NCBI GenBank assembly: GCA_963750165.1
Contig: CAVVPN010000010.1
Coordinates: 128,001 to 192,000 of the forward strand
DNA from: an uncultured Gemmataceae bacterium
GTDB lineage: Bacteria; Planctomycetota; Planctomycetia; Gemmatales; Gemmataceae
Direction of reading: 5' to 3'
Length of the DNA: 64,000 nucleotides
Shown: in pieces, positions 1-11,085 of the stretch
Position numbering within the stretch: the stretch's first letter is position 1
Layout of the letters: each line of letters starts with the position of its first letter
Translations under genes and position numbers: made by a program
The notes under the pieces: model-generated
Seen by the model: only the letters and a program-made list of their open reading frames with translations
What the model was told of the DNA's origin: nothing
Databases searched by the model: none

Positions 1-2
1 GC

Positions 3-338
3 CAGGGAGCCGCCCGGCCGACGACCGAGTCGGAGACTGTGGCTTACCTCAAGGAACAGTTGACGGCCCGCCTGGAAACCATCCACCGCCTCAACGCCCT
101 GCTAGTGGCGAGTCAGACTGAGGTCGCCACGATTCGGGAGATGGTCGGGCTGATGAGCCTGGATGTTCTCGAACGCGTGGACGGCCACCTGGTGTCCAGT
201 GCGGCGCGGCTGACCGCGGTGGAGACCAGTCTGGCCGAGGCATCGTTCACTCGCCGGTTGAAGAGGCTGCCCGGGGAACTGCGGCGCCTGCCGTCCCGAG
301 TGCGGCACCTGCTCCGGCGCCTCCGGACGGGCCGGTGA
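3..338 (+). CDS. C-terminal part of a coiled-coil protein (probably a glycosyl- or methyltransferase of the polysaccharide locus), truncated by the window edge
   Basis: Frame is open from position 3; heptad-rich helix ending in a basic amphipathic tail (SFTRRLKRLP...) like that of the next gene. Confidence 0.5.
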   Translation, partial: QGAARPTTESETVAYLKEQLTARLETIHRLNALLVASQTEVATIREMVGLMSLDVLERVDGHLVSSAARLTAVETSLAEASFTRRLKRLPGELRRLPSRVRHLLRRLRTGR

Positions 339-384
339 CGTTCGGCGGCGCGGGGAGCGAGACGGAAAGGGAGAGGAACAAGCG

Positions 385-1563
385 GTGTCTGACACAACCC
401 CACGGGAGCGGCCACGCATTAGCGTGGTCACGCCCTCCTACAACCAGGGCCAGTACCTGGAGCAGTGCATCCGCTCAGTGCTGGACCAGGGTTACCCCGA
501 CCTGGAGTATTTCGTCCTGGACGGCGGTTCCACGGACGAGAGCGTGTCCGTGTTGCGCCGCTACCACGACCGCATTACCTTCTGGGTCAGCGAGCGCGAC
601 GGCGGCCAGAGTGCAGCCATCAACCGCGGCTTTCGCCTGGCCACGGGCGATGTGGTGGCCTGGCTGAACGCCGACGACTTCTACCTGCCCGGCGCCTTCA
701 ATCACGTGGCCGCCACTTACTGTCAAGACCGCGCGGCCTCGTTCTACTTCGGCAACGGCTGGCGCGCCAACGCGGCCGGGGAGAAGCTCAGTGACTTCTT
801 CCCGGACGGCCAGGCTCGCTTCCACGCCCCCGCCCTGGTGCTCGGCCTCAACTTCATTCTGCAGCCCGCCACGTTCATCAACCGTCGTCATCTGGAAGCC
901 GCGGGATACCTGGACTCGGAGTTGCAGTACGGCATGGACTCGGACCTGTGGCTACGACTGGCCCGGCTGGCTCCGCCCGTGGTCGTCCCGGCCACCCTGG
1001 CAGCGTCCCGGGAGTATCCCACGACCAAGACCTCCACGGGTTCGTTCCACCGGGCTGAGGAACTGCGACTCATCTCGGAGAAACACAGCGGCCTGCCGCT
1101 GACGCCGGGGGCGCTGCTGTACTACCTGAACACGCTCCAGGGTTTGGCGGTTCAGCGACCGGACGTGTTCCCGCTGGCGTTCCTCATCGAGGTGCAGGTG
1201 CTGTGCAAGGCGGCCCAGCGCCTCCTGGGAGGGATCGGTGCCCGTCCCGACGGCTTCCCGGCCGCCGACGAGTCCGAGTTGGTCCGCTACGCCCGGGACA
1301 TCGAGGACACTCTGACCGCGATGGGTATGGCCACGGAGGCGGATCGGGTGGCACGGCAACAGATCATCGAACAGCTCGCCGCGCGGATAACCGCCGCCGA
1401 GCACGCCCGGGACGCCCGGCAACAGATCATCGAACAGCTCAGTGCCGAACTCGGAGCCGCCCGGCAGGAGGCCGAGGAGTTGCGCCGCCTCACCCTGACC
1501 CGGCGGCTGCTGCGGCTGCCGCGCCGGGCCTACCGGCTGCTGACCCGTGGCCGGGCGGGGTAG
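385..1563 (+). CDS. Glycosyltransferase family 2 with C-terminal coiled coil
   Basis: ISVVTPSYNQG, DGGSTD, WLNADD and D-x-D-L-W motifs. Confidence 0.93.
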   Translation: MSDTTPRERPRISVVTPSYNQGQYLEQCIRSVLDQGYPDLEYFVLDGGSTDESVSVLRRYHDRITFWVSERDGGQSAAINRGFRLATGDVVAWLNADDFYLPGAFNHVAATYCQDRAASFYFGNGWRANAAGEKLSDFFPDGQARFHAPALVLGLNFILQPATFINRRHLEAAGYLDSELQYGMDSDLWLRLARLAPPVVVPATLAASREYPTTKTSTGSFHRAEELRLISEKHSGLPLTPGALLYYLNTLQGLAVQRPDVFPLAFLIEVQVLCKAAQRLLGGIGARPDGFPAADESELVRYARDIEDTLTAMGMATEADRVARQQIIEQLAARITAAEHARDARQQIIEQLSAELGAARQEAEELRRLTLTRRLLRLPRRAYRLLTRGRAG

Positions 1564-1622
1564 GGCAGTGCGACCGCGGGGCGTGCTTGGCAATACCTCG
1601 TAAGTCACAACGTTTCAGGTGA

Positions 1623-4022
1623 GTGCCCATGCGTATCGGAATTGAGATGAGGCAGGTGGTCCTGGGCAAGGCCGGCGGCATCTCCCTGTTGCTCAAGGGG
1701 GTGCTCGAAGCCCTGTTCCGCCTGGATCGGGACAACGAGTACTTCGGCTTCTGCACCGTGTTCAACCGCGGCCTGCTGGAGCGCGGCCCGGAGCGGGGTG
1801 AGATCATGACCCTGCCGGCGTACCACTACATGGCCGAGGTCAATCGCCTGTCCCACCACCTGAACCTGGACGTGCTGTTCCGGGCCTATCCGGTGGAGCA
1901 CGACCTAACCTTCCCGTTGAACAAGCAGATTTTCCTGATCCCGGACATCCAGCACGAGTACTACCCCGAGTTCTTCGACGCCGAGACGCTGCGCTCCCGA
2001 CGGGTGGCGTTCACACAGGCGCTGGCGGGAGCGGGAGCCATCGGCACCATCTCCGAGTACGCCCGACAGACACTGCTCGATCAGGAATGCACTCACTGCC
2101 GGGACATCTTCCTGATGAGCCCGGCCCTGCAGGAAGAGCACCGCCAGGCGTCCCTGGGGGACGTGACCGCGGCAGAGCGCGAACTGGTGCCGGCCAACGA
2201 CTACTTCCTCTACCCGGCCAACCTGTGGCAGCACAAGAACCATCGCCGTGTGCTACAGGCGTTCGCCCGGTTCCTGGAGAAGTCGCGCAAGCCGATGACC
2301 TTCGTCTGCACCGGCCACCCCGGCGGCTGGCCAGCCATCCAGGCGGACTTCCCGAACCTGCCGGTGCGGCACATCGGCTTCGTCCGCGCCCCGCTGATGC
2401 GGTTGCTGCTGAGCCGGGCCCGCGCCCTGGCGTTCTTCTCGCTGTATGAGGGCTTCGGCATGCCGCTGCTCGAAGCCTTCGACGTGGGCACACCGGTCAT
2501 TTGCAGCAACACCACCAGCCTGCCCGAGGTCGGCGGCGACGCCGTGCTCGACTGCGATCCGACCGATCCCGAGGCAATGGCGGACCTGATGGCACGCATC
2601 GCCGAGGACGACCGGCTGCGTATCGAACTGGTCGCTCGCGGCCAGCGGCGACTACGGTTGTACACCTGGGAGCAGTCGGCCCAGAACCTGCGCGGCGCCT
2701 GCGAGCGCGTGGCTGCTCCCGAGGCGGACGGCCCCCGCGTATGCGTCTCGGAACCGCCGCTGGTGTCCATCGTCACGCCGTCATATAACCAGGGCCGCTT
2801 CCTGCGCCGCACCATCGAGAGCGTCCTGAACCAGACTTACCCGCACATCGAGTACCTGGTGATGGACGGCGGCTCGACCGACGAGTCGGTGGAAGTGCTG
2901 CGATCCTACGGCGACCGCTTTCCGTGGGTCTCGGAGCCGGACCGCGGCCAGACGCACGCCATTAACAAGGGTTTCGCCCGGACGCGCGGCGTCATCCGCG
3001 CCTACCTGAACTCCGATGACGTGCTGCTGCCGGACGGCGTCGAGAAGGCGGTGGCGCACTTCCAGAGCCATCCCGGCTGTGACATGGTGTACGGCAACGC
3101 GAACTACATCAACGAACACGACGAGGTCACCGGCACCTACAACACGGCCGAATACTCGTTCGGGCGATTGATGCAGGACTGTTGCGTCTGCCAGCCGGCG
3201 GCCTTCTGGCTGTCGCGGATCGCCCGGCGCGTCGGCACGTTCAACGAGGCGCTGCACTACGTCATGGACTACGACTACTGGCTGCGCATCGACCGGGCGG
3301 GCGGCCGTATCGAACACGTCCACGATGTGTTGGCCTGCTCGCGGCTGTACCCGGAGACCAAGACACTCTCGGGCCGTTACAAGATTTACCAGGAAATCTT
3401 TGAAGTGTGCCGGCGGCACGCGGGCTACGTGGACATCGGCTTCTTCCACGGTTTCTGGCACCACCTGTGCCGCGAGCGTGACCGCGGACTGCCACGGCGG
3501 CTGTGCTGGCTGCCGCGCTTCCAACCCGGCATGGCGTACCTGCACCACAAGTGGTGGAACCGCCACCGCTACTCGGCGAGCAAGGTGCTGGCCGGCGTCG
3601 GCCGACGGCTGCGCCGCCTGGTCAGCCCGCCGCTGGGGCCGTTCACCTCGATCCTGACCCGGCTGCAGCGCCAGGGACCGCTGTCGATGGACCGCGGCCG
3701 CTGGGTCTCGGGCTTCTGGCCGGACAACTGGATCGGCCCCACCCTGCAAGTGGTGCTCAAGGACATGACTCCCGGCCGGCTGCTGCACGTCGCGGGGATG
3801 GCCAACCAGGACATGACTCTGACTGTCCTGGCCGGTGACCGGATCGTGGCCAACTACCCGCTTCGGGGTGAGCGCTACGAGAAGGTGTGCTTCCCGCTGG
3901 CGCCGGAATTCGGCAATCGGTTGTGCCTGAAATTCTCGCGGACCTTCACCGACGCGGCGCAGCGCCGCCTGTCCTTCTTGTTGCAGGACACCAACCTGTT
4001 TTCCGAGCAGGATCTGTATTAA
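1623..4022 (+). CDS. Bifunctional glycosyltransferase (GT4 + GT2)
   Basis: N-terminal HKN...SLYEGFGMPLLEA (GT4); central VSIVTPSYNQG/DGGSTD/LNSDD (GT2). Confidence 0.93.
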   Translation: MPMRIGIEMRQVVLGKAGGISLLLKGVLEALFRLDRDNEYFGFCTVFNRGLLERGPERGEIMTLPAYHYMAEVNRLSHHLNLDVLFRAYPVEHDLTFPLNKQIFLIPDIQHEYYPEFFDAETLRSRRVAFTQALAGAGAIGTISEYARQTLLDQECTHCRDIFLMSPALQEEHRQASLGDVTAAERELVPANDYFLYPANLWQHKNHRRVLQAFARFLEKSRKPMTFVCTGHPGGWPAIQADFPNLPVRHIGFVRAPLMRLLLSRARALAFFSLYEGFGMPLLEAFDVGTPVICSNTTSLPEVGGDAVLDCDPTDPEAMADLMARIAEDDRLRIELVARGQRRLRLYTWEQSAQNLRGACERVAAPEADGPRVCVSEPPLVSIVTPSYNQGRFLRRTIESVLNQTYPHIEYLVMDGGSTDESVEVLRSYGDRFPWVSEPDRGQTHAINKGFARTRGVIRAYLNSDDVLLPDGVEKAVAHFQSHPGCDMVYGNANYINEHDEVTGTYNTAEYSFGRLMQDCCVCQPAAFWLSRIARRVGTFNEALHYVMDYDYWLRIDRAGGRIEHVHDVLACSRLYPETKTLSGRYKIYQEIFEVCRRHAGYVDIGFFHGFWHHLCRERDRGLPRRLCWLPRFQPGMAYLHHKWWNRHRYSASKVLAGVGRRLRRLVSPPLGPFTSILTRLQRQGPLSMDRGRWVSGFWPDNWIGPTLQVVLKDMTPGRLLHVAGMANQDMTLTVLAGDRIVANYPLRGERYEKVCFPLAPEFGNRLCLKFSRTFTDAAQRRLSFLLQDTNLFSEQDLY

Positions 4023-4104
4023 CCAGGCATTGGTTCCGAATCGCAAGAGAACACGAACCCCGTTCCCGTTTCGCGCGAAACGGGAACTTATTGCAGATTG
4101 CGAA

Positions 4105-4174
4105 TGGGTGTAGCGGAAGTCGCCAGACTTCCGAGCAGCACCGGACGGAAGTCTGGCGACTTCCGCTACACCCA
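4105..4174. repeat. Palindromic REP-like element, family A (GTAGCGGAAGTCGCCAGACTTCCG arms)
   Basis: Perfect inverted arms; near-identical copy at 20357-20440. Confidence 0.85.
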
Positions 4175-4361
4175 ACTGCGAACCGCTCGAGCGTTCTGCA
4201 TCCCTCTTGGCGCTCAACATTCATCTTAGCGCCGGGAGGGGTGCAGCGCGCAAGCCGCAAGCGGCAGAAAAGATGGACGCCTCATTTCTCACCTTTGCCT
4301 GGAGTTCATCACTGCCGTAAAATGACGCGACGCTGATCCCGCAGGCGCCGCGAGGTCCACC

Positions 4362-5288
4362 ATGTTCCGCCACCGCCGTTCCCGTACCCCGTGGCTGCTG
4401 CTCGCGCTGCTGCTGGGCGCCGCCGGCTGCGGCAATCCCGGCACGCCCGAACTGGTCTGGGGCAAGCGCGGCATCAACGGCGGCGAACTGGTCAAGCCGC
4501 GGGCCATCGCCATCGACAAGGACGACCACCTCTACCTCGTGGACTGGACCGCGCGCATCCAGGTCTTCGACCGCGATGGCAAGTTCCTGGATCGCGTCTG
4601 GAAAACGCCCGACTTCCGCAACGGCCGGCCCAGCGGCCTGAGCATCGACCGTGACGGCAACCTCCTCGTCAGCGATTCGCACTACCACTGCCTGCGCATC
4701 TACTCCCCCGACGGCGAACTGCTGAAGACCTTCGGCGGCGTCGAGGGCACCGGCCCCGGCCAGTTCAGCTACATCAGCGACGCGGTGCAGGACAGCGACG
4801 GCTACTATTACGTCGCGGAGTTCGGCGAGAACCAGCGCATCAGCAAGCTCGACCCGCGGGGCAAGTTCGTCCGCTGCTGGGGCGCTCCCGGCAGCGAGCC
4901 GGGCCAGTTCGCCCGCATCCGCGCCATGACGCTGGGGCCGGACGGCAACCTGTACCTCGCCGACGCCTGTAACCACCGCATCCAGGTCTTCACGCGCGAC
5001 GGCACCCTGGTGCGGTACTTCGGCGAGCACGGCAAGGAGCCCGGCCAGCTGGCGTACCCTTATGACGTGGCTTTCGGCCCAGGCCCAGACGCGCCGCTGT
5101 ACGTGGTGGAGTACGGCAACCATCGCGTGCAGAAGTTCACGGCGGCAGGCAAGTCGCTCGGCTGCTGGGGCAGCGTCGGCCGTGGGCCCGGCCAGCTGTT
5201 CGCGCCGTGGGCCCTGGCGGTGGACAGCCACGGCCGCGTTCACGTCCTCGACAGCGAAAACGACCGCGTTCAGCGCATTGACTTTTGA
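4362..5288 (+). CDS. NHL-repeat beta-propeller lipoprotein
   Basis: Signal peptide with LLGAAGC lipobox; repeated P.G+A+D..G.LYVAD..NHRIQVF units. Confidence 0.88.
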   Translation: MFRHRRSRTPWLLLALLLGAAGCGNPGTPELVWGKRGINGGELVKPRAIAIDKDDHLYLVDWTARIQVFDRDGKFLDRVWKTPDFRNGRPSGLSIDRDGNLLVSDSHYHCLRIYSPDGELLKTFGGVEGTGPGQFSYISDAVQDSDGYYYVAEFGENQRISKLDPRGKFVRCWGAPGSEPGQFARIRAMTLGPDGNLYLADACNHRIQVFTRDGTLVRYFGEHGKEPGQLAYPYDVAFGPGPDAPLYVVEYGNHRVQKFTAAGKSLGCWGSVGRGPGQLFAPWALAVDSHGRVHVLDSENDRVQRIDF

Positions 5289-5361
5289 CCCGGCGCAGAC
5301 GACCATGTTGTCCTGGGCGCCGCCGAACTCCCGGCCGTCCCGTCCTGGCTGGAACACCACG

Positions 5362-8300
5362 ATGACGCAACTCCTCGCTCTGGCGCAAACGCGGTTGTGG
5401 GCCGGCGGCCTCTGGCTCGGCGCTGCGCTGCTGCTGGCCCTGGCCGTCGGCGTCCTGCGCGCCGCAAGCGCCGCGGTGCCATGCTGCCGCTGACCCTCGG
5501 GGCCGCCGCCGGCCTCGCCGTGCTGGCCGCCGTGCTGGCGCTGTACATCGAGGGCGACACGCAGGCCGGCTCCTACGTGCTGGTCATTGCCCTGGGCCTC
5601 ACCACCCTGACCATCCCCGTCCTGATGATCACACAGAAGTCGTGGCTGTTGGCGCCACAGTTCGCGCTGCTCGGCATCGGGGCGCTGTGGATGCCCGACG
5701 GCGGCAAGCCAGACTGGTCCGTCTGGGTGCTGGCCGGCGTCGGCACCTTGCTCGCGGGCCAACTATTCCTGCTGTTCCTGACGGGCTCCTGGTGGTCGCC
5801 GCTGGCCTACGCCGTGGTCGGCGCCGGTCTGCTCGTCCTGGGCGGCTGGTTGTCCGGGCCGCTTGGCACCGGCCAGGAACACTTCGTCGCCATGCTCAAT
5901 CCGGAGCGCGTCACCGTGTCCGAGCCGTGGTGGCTGCTGTTGCTGTTGCTCATCCCCTGGCTGATCTGGACCAGCTACCGCAGCCTGGCCGGCCTCGGCC
6001 CCGTCCGCGCCACTGTCGCCATCGGCCTCCGCGCCGCGCTGGTGCTGCTGCTGACGCTGGCCCTGGCCAACCTGCAACTCAAGCGCATCGACGAAACGGT
6101 CACGGTCATCTTCCTCTGGGACTGCTCCGAGAGTGTGCCGCAGAAGTTCGCCAGGGGCGACGATCCGCAAATCGAGCGTGCCGACCGGCTCATCAAGTTC
6201 ATCAACCAGGCCGTCGCCAACCGCGGCACCGGCCGCCAGCGCGATCGGGCCGGCCTGATCCTTTTCGGCCGCTGGCCGCTGGCGTTCCTGCCGCCGGCCA
6301 ACGTGCCGTACTTCAGCCTGACGAAGGACCAACTCAAGGACGCACCCATCGACGGCAAACGCACCGACATCGCCGCGGCGTTGAAGCTGGCCCTGGCGTC
6401 GTTCCCCGGCGGAACCGCCCGGCGCATCGTGCTGCTCAGCGACGGCAACGAGAACCTCGGCCGCGCCGAGGAACAGGCCCTCATCTTCAAGAATAACCGT
6501 GTGCAGATCGACGTGGTGCCGCTGGGCGCCGGCGAGCAAAACCCCAATGAAGTGCTCATCGAGCGCGTCGATCCGTCCACCGAGAACGAGAAGGGCATCA
6601 AGCGGACGCTGTACGTCACCCTGCGCAGCTACAACCCCGACACCGTCGTCGGCGAACTCCAGGTCTACAAGACCAGCCTGACGAAATTCAAGGATCCCGA
6701 GACGGGCCAGGAGCAGCAGCTGCTCACCACCACGAAACTCTTCGCCGACCGGAACGAGGACCGGCCGAAGCTGGTGCGCCTGAAGCCGGGCGTCACCGAG
6801 ATCGCGCTGCGCGGCGTGATCGACCCGGAAGAGGGCTCCAGCACGTTCGAGGCGGTGTTCCGGCCGCGGCGGGTCGAGGACGCGCAGGGCAAGGTGCTCA
6901 GTGAGGGGCTGCCCGGCGACCGCGTAGAGAACAACCGGGCCAGCACCAGCGTGGTGGTGCGTGGCAAGAGCCGGGTGCTGCTGATCGAGAACGGTATCGA
7001 GGACGAGAAGACCGGCCAGCACCGCGTCGGCGAGCACAAGCTACTGGTGGATCGGCTGCGTCAGGCCAACAAGGAGCGCGAGCTGATTGTCATGACGGCG
7101 GACCAGGTGCCGCAGGATCTCGGCAAACTGCTGCTGCTGCTGAGCAACGTCGATTGCGTGATCCTGGCCAACGTGCCCGCCGAGAAGCTGAGCGAGGCGC
7201 AGCAGGAGGTGCTGCGCAGCAACACGCACGACCAGGGCTGCGGCATGGTGGTCATCGGCGGCAAGCACGCCTACGGCGCCGGCGGCTGGCAGAATAGCAA
7301 ACTGGAAAAAGCCTGGCCGGTGGTGTGCGATTTGAAGTCGCTCAAGGTCGAGGGCAAGGGCGGCCTGGTGCTGGTCATGCACGCCTCGGAGATCGCCGAG
7401 GGCAACATGTGGCAGAAGAAGATCGCCCGGCTGGCGGTCGAGAAGTTGTCGGCGGTGGACATGGTGGGCATGGTGTACTACGACTTCGCCCGGGGGCCGC
7501 GCTGGCACATCCCGTTCCAGCAGGTCGGCCCCAACCGCGGCCGGCTGCTGAACCTGGTGGATACGATGAACCCCGGCGACATGCCCGACGCCGAGCCGCA
7601 CCTGAAGATGGCCTACGACGAGCTGAGCGACCGCCGTCACGGGCTGGGCACCAAGCACATCATCTTCATCAGCGATGGCGATCACTGGCAGCCGCCGGTG
7701 CAGCTCATCAACAAGATCAAGGCCGCGAAAATCAGTCTCACGGCGATCTGCATCACCTCGCACGGCCAGGCGGCGGTGGACAAGATGAAATCGATCCCGG
7801 CAGCCTCGTACCTGCCGGGCAAGGCCAGCAAGTTCTATTACGTGACCGACCCCAAGCAGCTGCCGGCCATCTACATCAAGGAATCGCGCATCGTCTCGCA
7901 GTCGTTCATCCACGACAAGCCGTTCCAACCGCAGGTGACCGCGGCGGGCCGGGCGACGCGGCCGACCAACAACTTGCCCGAGCCGCTGCCCAAGCTGCAG
8001 GGCTTCGTCCGCACGACGCCGCGCGACTCCAAGCTGGTGGAGGTGACCATCGTGACGCCCAAGCTCGGCGACCTGCAGTTCCCGATTCTGGCGCAGTGGC
8101 AATACGGCCTGGGCACGGTGCTGGCCTTCACCAGTGATGCGCAGACGCGGGAAAAGGGGCCGGTGGGCTGGGACCGCGACTGGGCCAGCGACAAGATGTA
8201 CAAGCAGTTCTGGGACCAGGTGGTCAAGTACGCGCTGCGTCGCGAGGAGCAGGGCGGCATGTTGCGTGTGGTGCCGGAGACGCGCGACAACCGCACGGTC

Positions 8301-9125
8301 CTCGTCGTCTACGCCCGGGACGACAAGGAACCGCTGGTCGATCTGAAGGTGACGGCGCGGGTGACGGCGACGCGGCTGAAGGACAATCAGGATCGCGAAC
8401 TGGAGTTCCGCCAGCGCAAGCCGGGTGAATACGAGGCGGAAATGCGGGCCGAGGAGGTCGGGGCGTACTTCCTCAACGTCCGGGCGACGCGGCGGGTGGG
8501 CGACAAGGAAGTGCTGGTCGGCAGCGTGCGCACGGTGGTGACGGTGCCCTATTCGCCGGAGTTCGGCGAGATGCGGGCCAACCCGGAGTTGCTGGAGGCG
8601 CTGCGGCGCATCACCGGCGGCAAGGCGTATGGCGAGGCGGAGGACACCCTGACGGCGGCGGTGAAGGCGCAGCGAAATCTTCCGCGCGGCGCCCGTGGGA
8701 AGTTTGAGTTTACAATCGATCTGGTTCTGGCTGCTGGTGCTGGCGGGCATCGGCCTGTTCTTCGACGTGGCGGTGCGGCGCATCGCCATCGAGCCGGCGA
8801 AGTGGTCGGCGGCGCTGCGGGCCTACTGGGACCGCCTGGCCGGGCGGCCGGTGTCGGAACCGGTGGTGGCGGCGGAGCGCCTGCAGGCGCGGCCGGCGGC
8901 AGGGGCGGAGCGCCGCTTCGAGGCGACCGGCGATGTGCCGCTAGCGGATGTGCCCAGCGCCACCGGGGACTTGCCGACGCGCCCGGCAGCGCCGCGGCCC
9001 GGGCGCAAGGGCCGGGCGTCGCCCCGGAGGCGCCGCAGGAGGCCGGCGACGCGATGAGCCGCCTGATGCGCGCGAAGAAGCGCGCCTTACAAGACCGCGA
9101 CAAGGACAAGGACAAGAAGGACTGA
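5362..9125 (+). CDS. Large membrane VWA-domain protein with glutamine-amidotransferase-like domain (apparent frameshifts near 5460, 8668, 9010)
   Basis: N-terminal TM helices; MIDAS-like DCSES, TDIAAAL, LLSDGNEN; second VWA (FISDG); QYGLG..LAFTSD; C-terminal TM segment lies in the shifted frame 8695-9057. Confidence 0.8.
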
Positions 9126-9147
9126 AACCCGCGAGGTTGAACACCGC

Positions 9148-9216
9148 GGCGAGCGGCGCGGCGTCAGCCCGCCGGTAACCCTACAGCACCGGCGGGCTGA
9201 CGCCGCGCCGCTCGCC
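9148..9216. repeat. Palindromic REP-like hairpin (GCGAGCGGCGCGGCGTCAGCCCGCCGGT arms)
   Basis: Perfect inverted repeat between the VWA gene and moxR. Confidence 0.8.
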
Positions 9217-9278
9217 CAATCCGCCCCGTTTTCCGGCGAATAACAGAGAAAACCCCAACACAGGAGCCTGCACCAGCG

Positions 9279-10303
9279 ATGTCTACCGCCGCCACCAACC
9301 TGGCCGAACGCGCCAACGAATTCCGCCGCGCTTATGGGATAGTCCACCGAGAGATCGGCAAAGTCATCGTCGGCCACAGTGACATCGTGCATGGTGTGCT
9401 GACGTGCCTGTTCGTCGGCGGCCACGCGCTGCTGGAGGGCGTGCCCGGCCTCGGCAAAACGCTGCTGGTGCGGACGCTCAGCCAGGTGCTGGACCTGAAG
9501 TTCAACCGCATCCAGTTCACGCCGGACCTGATGCCGTCCGACATTTTGGGCACCAACATCATCAATGAGACGCCGGAGGGCAAGCGCGTCTTCAGCTTCC
9601 AGCCGGGGCCGATGTTCGCGCAGATTGTGCTGGCCGACGAGGTCAACCGGGCGACGCCGAAGACACAGTCGGCGATGCTGGAGGCGATGCAGGAGCACAG
9701 CGTCACGGTCGGCGGCACCATCCACCAACTGGAGGAGCCGTTCTTCGTGATGGCGACACAGAACCCCATTGAGCAGGAGGGGACGTACCCGCTGCCGGAG
9801 GCGCAGCTGGACCGCTTCTTCTTCAAGCTGGTGGTGAACTACTCGGGCCGCGAGGAGATGGCGACGATCCTGGAGCGGACGACGACGGGCCACTGGCCGC
9901 AGGCGAACAAGGTGATGGATGGCGAGCAGATCCGCGAGTGGCAGCAGCTGGTGCGTGAGGTGCTGGTGGCGCCGCCGGTGATCGACTACGCGATCCGGCT
10001 GGTGATGGCGACGCACCCGCAGGGCGAGTTCGCGGCGGCGGACACCAACAAATTCATCCGCTGCGGTGCCAGCCCGCGCGGGCGCAGGCGCTGGTGCTGG
10101 CCGCCAAGGTACGGGCGCTGCTGGAGGGCCGCTACAACGTCAGCTTCGAGGATCTCAAGCGCGTGTACCTGCCGGCGCTGCGGCACCGGATATTGCTCAA
10201 CTTCGAGGCGCAGGCGGAAAACATTCCGTCGGACCAGGTGCTGCTTGGTATCCTGAAGGAAGTGAAAGAGAAGGGCCCGGAGCTGGCGGGGGCCAGGGCG
10301 TAA
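9279..10303 (+). CDS. moxR: MoxR family AAA+ ATPase (apparent frameshift near 10080)
   Basis: GVPGLGKT, RIQFTPDLMPSD, LADEVNRA, ATQNPIEQEGTYPLPEAQLDRF; C-terminus continues in ORF 10094-10303. Confidence 0.92.
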
Positions 10304-10322
10304 TGTGAGAATGGAGGTAGCG

Positions 10323-10646
10323 ATGAAGACGACGACAGGGGTTCCGGTCGTGGCCGATCCCGAGGCACTCGCCTACGTCGAGGAATTGAGGCTCCGAAAC
10401 CTGATGGACAGGCTGGTGGAAGTCGCCGCGGACACCTATGACGATTTGCGGTGCATTAAGGTGAGTTTCATGCCCGCCTATGAGGAAGAGGCGCGGGTTT
10501 ACATTGAGCCGGTCCGCCCCGTGGAGCACGAGAAGGATAGGGCCACCGGCATGCGCTTCATCAACTGGGTGACGTCGAACGTCACGCCCGACCAATGGCG
10601 GTATTTCGGGTTTGCGGAACAATACGAGTCCGCCGATGGACGGTAG
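10323..10646 (+). CDS. Small acidic protein, probable antitoxin partner of the downstream HEPN protein
   Basis: GGAGG RBS; overlaps the start of the HEPN gene. Confidence 0.5.
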   Translation: MKTTTGVPVVADPEALAYVEELRLRNLMDRLVEVAADTYDDLRCIKVSFMPAYEEEARVYIEPVRPVEHEKDRATGMRFINWVTSNVTPDQWRYFGFAEQYESADGR

Positions 10647-11052
10647 GGCCTTCCTGGACGTGGCACGCGAACTGGTCCGTGGGTCAACGGCAGCCCACTG
10701 GCGGTCGGCCGTCGGACGTGCCTATTACGCTTTGTTCCTGGAAGGTGGTGAGCTACTGCTTCGGTGGGGGTTCGCCGCGACGTCAAAAGATCGGGAACAC
10801 TTTTTTGTCCGCACGCGCTTGCTATACTCGGCCGACCCTGACCTGAGGCAGGCGGGCCGCGACTTGGACTGGCTGGCGCCGTTGCGAAACAAGGCGGACT
10901 ATGTCCTGTCCGCGGTCGAGTTTCGCAACGCCACGGAAGCCAAAAGGGCCGTGGACAAGGCAGCGGATGCACTTACGAGGCTCGACACGGTGGCCGCCGA
11001 CTCGAACCGCACGGCCGCCGCCATCGCCGACATCAAGGCCCGATGGCCTTGA
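10636..11052 (+). CDS. HEPN-domain protein
   Basis: SAVGRAYYALF and LRNKADY motifs typical of stand-alone HEPN proteins. Confidence 0.75.
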   Translation: MDGRAFLDVARELVRGSTAAHWRSAVGRAYYALFLEGGELLLRWGFAATSKDREHFFVRTRLLYSADPDLRQAGRDLDWLAPLRNKADYVLSAVEFRNATEAKRAVDKAADALTRLDTVAADSNRTAAAIADIKARWP

Positions 11053-11085
11053 TCCCACAACCCACACCCTCATCCCGGCGCACCC

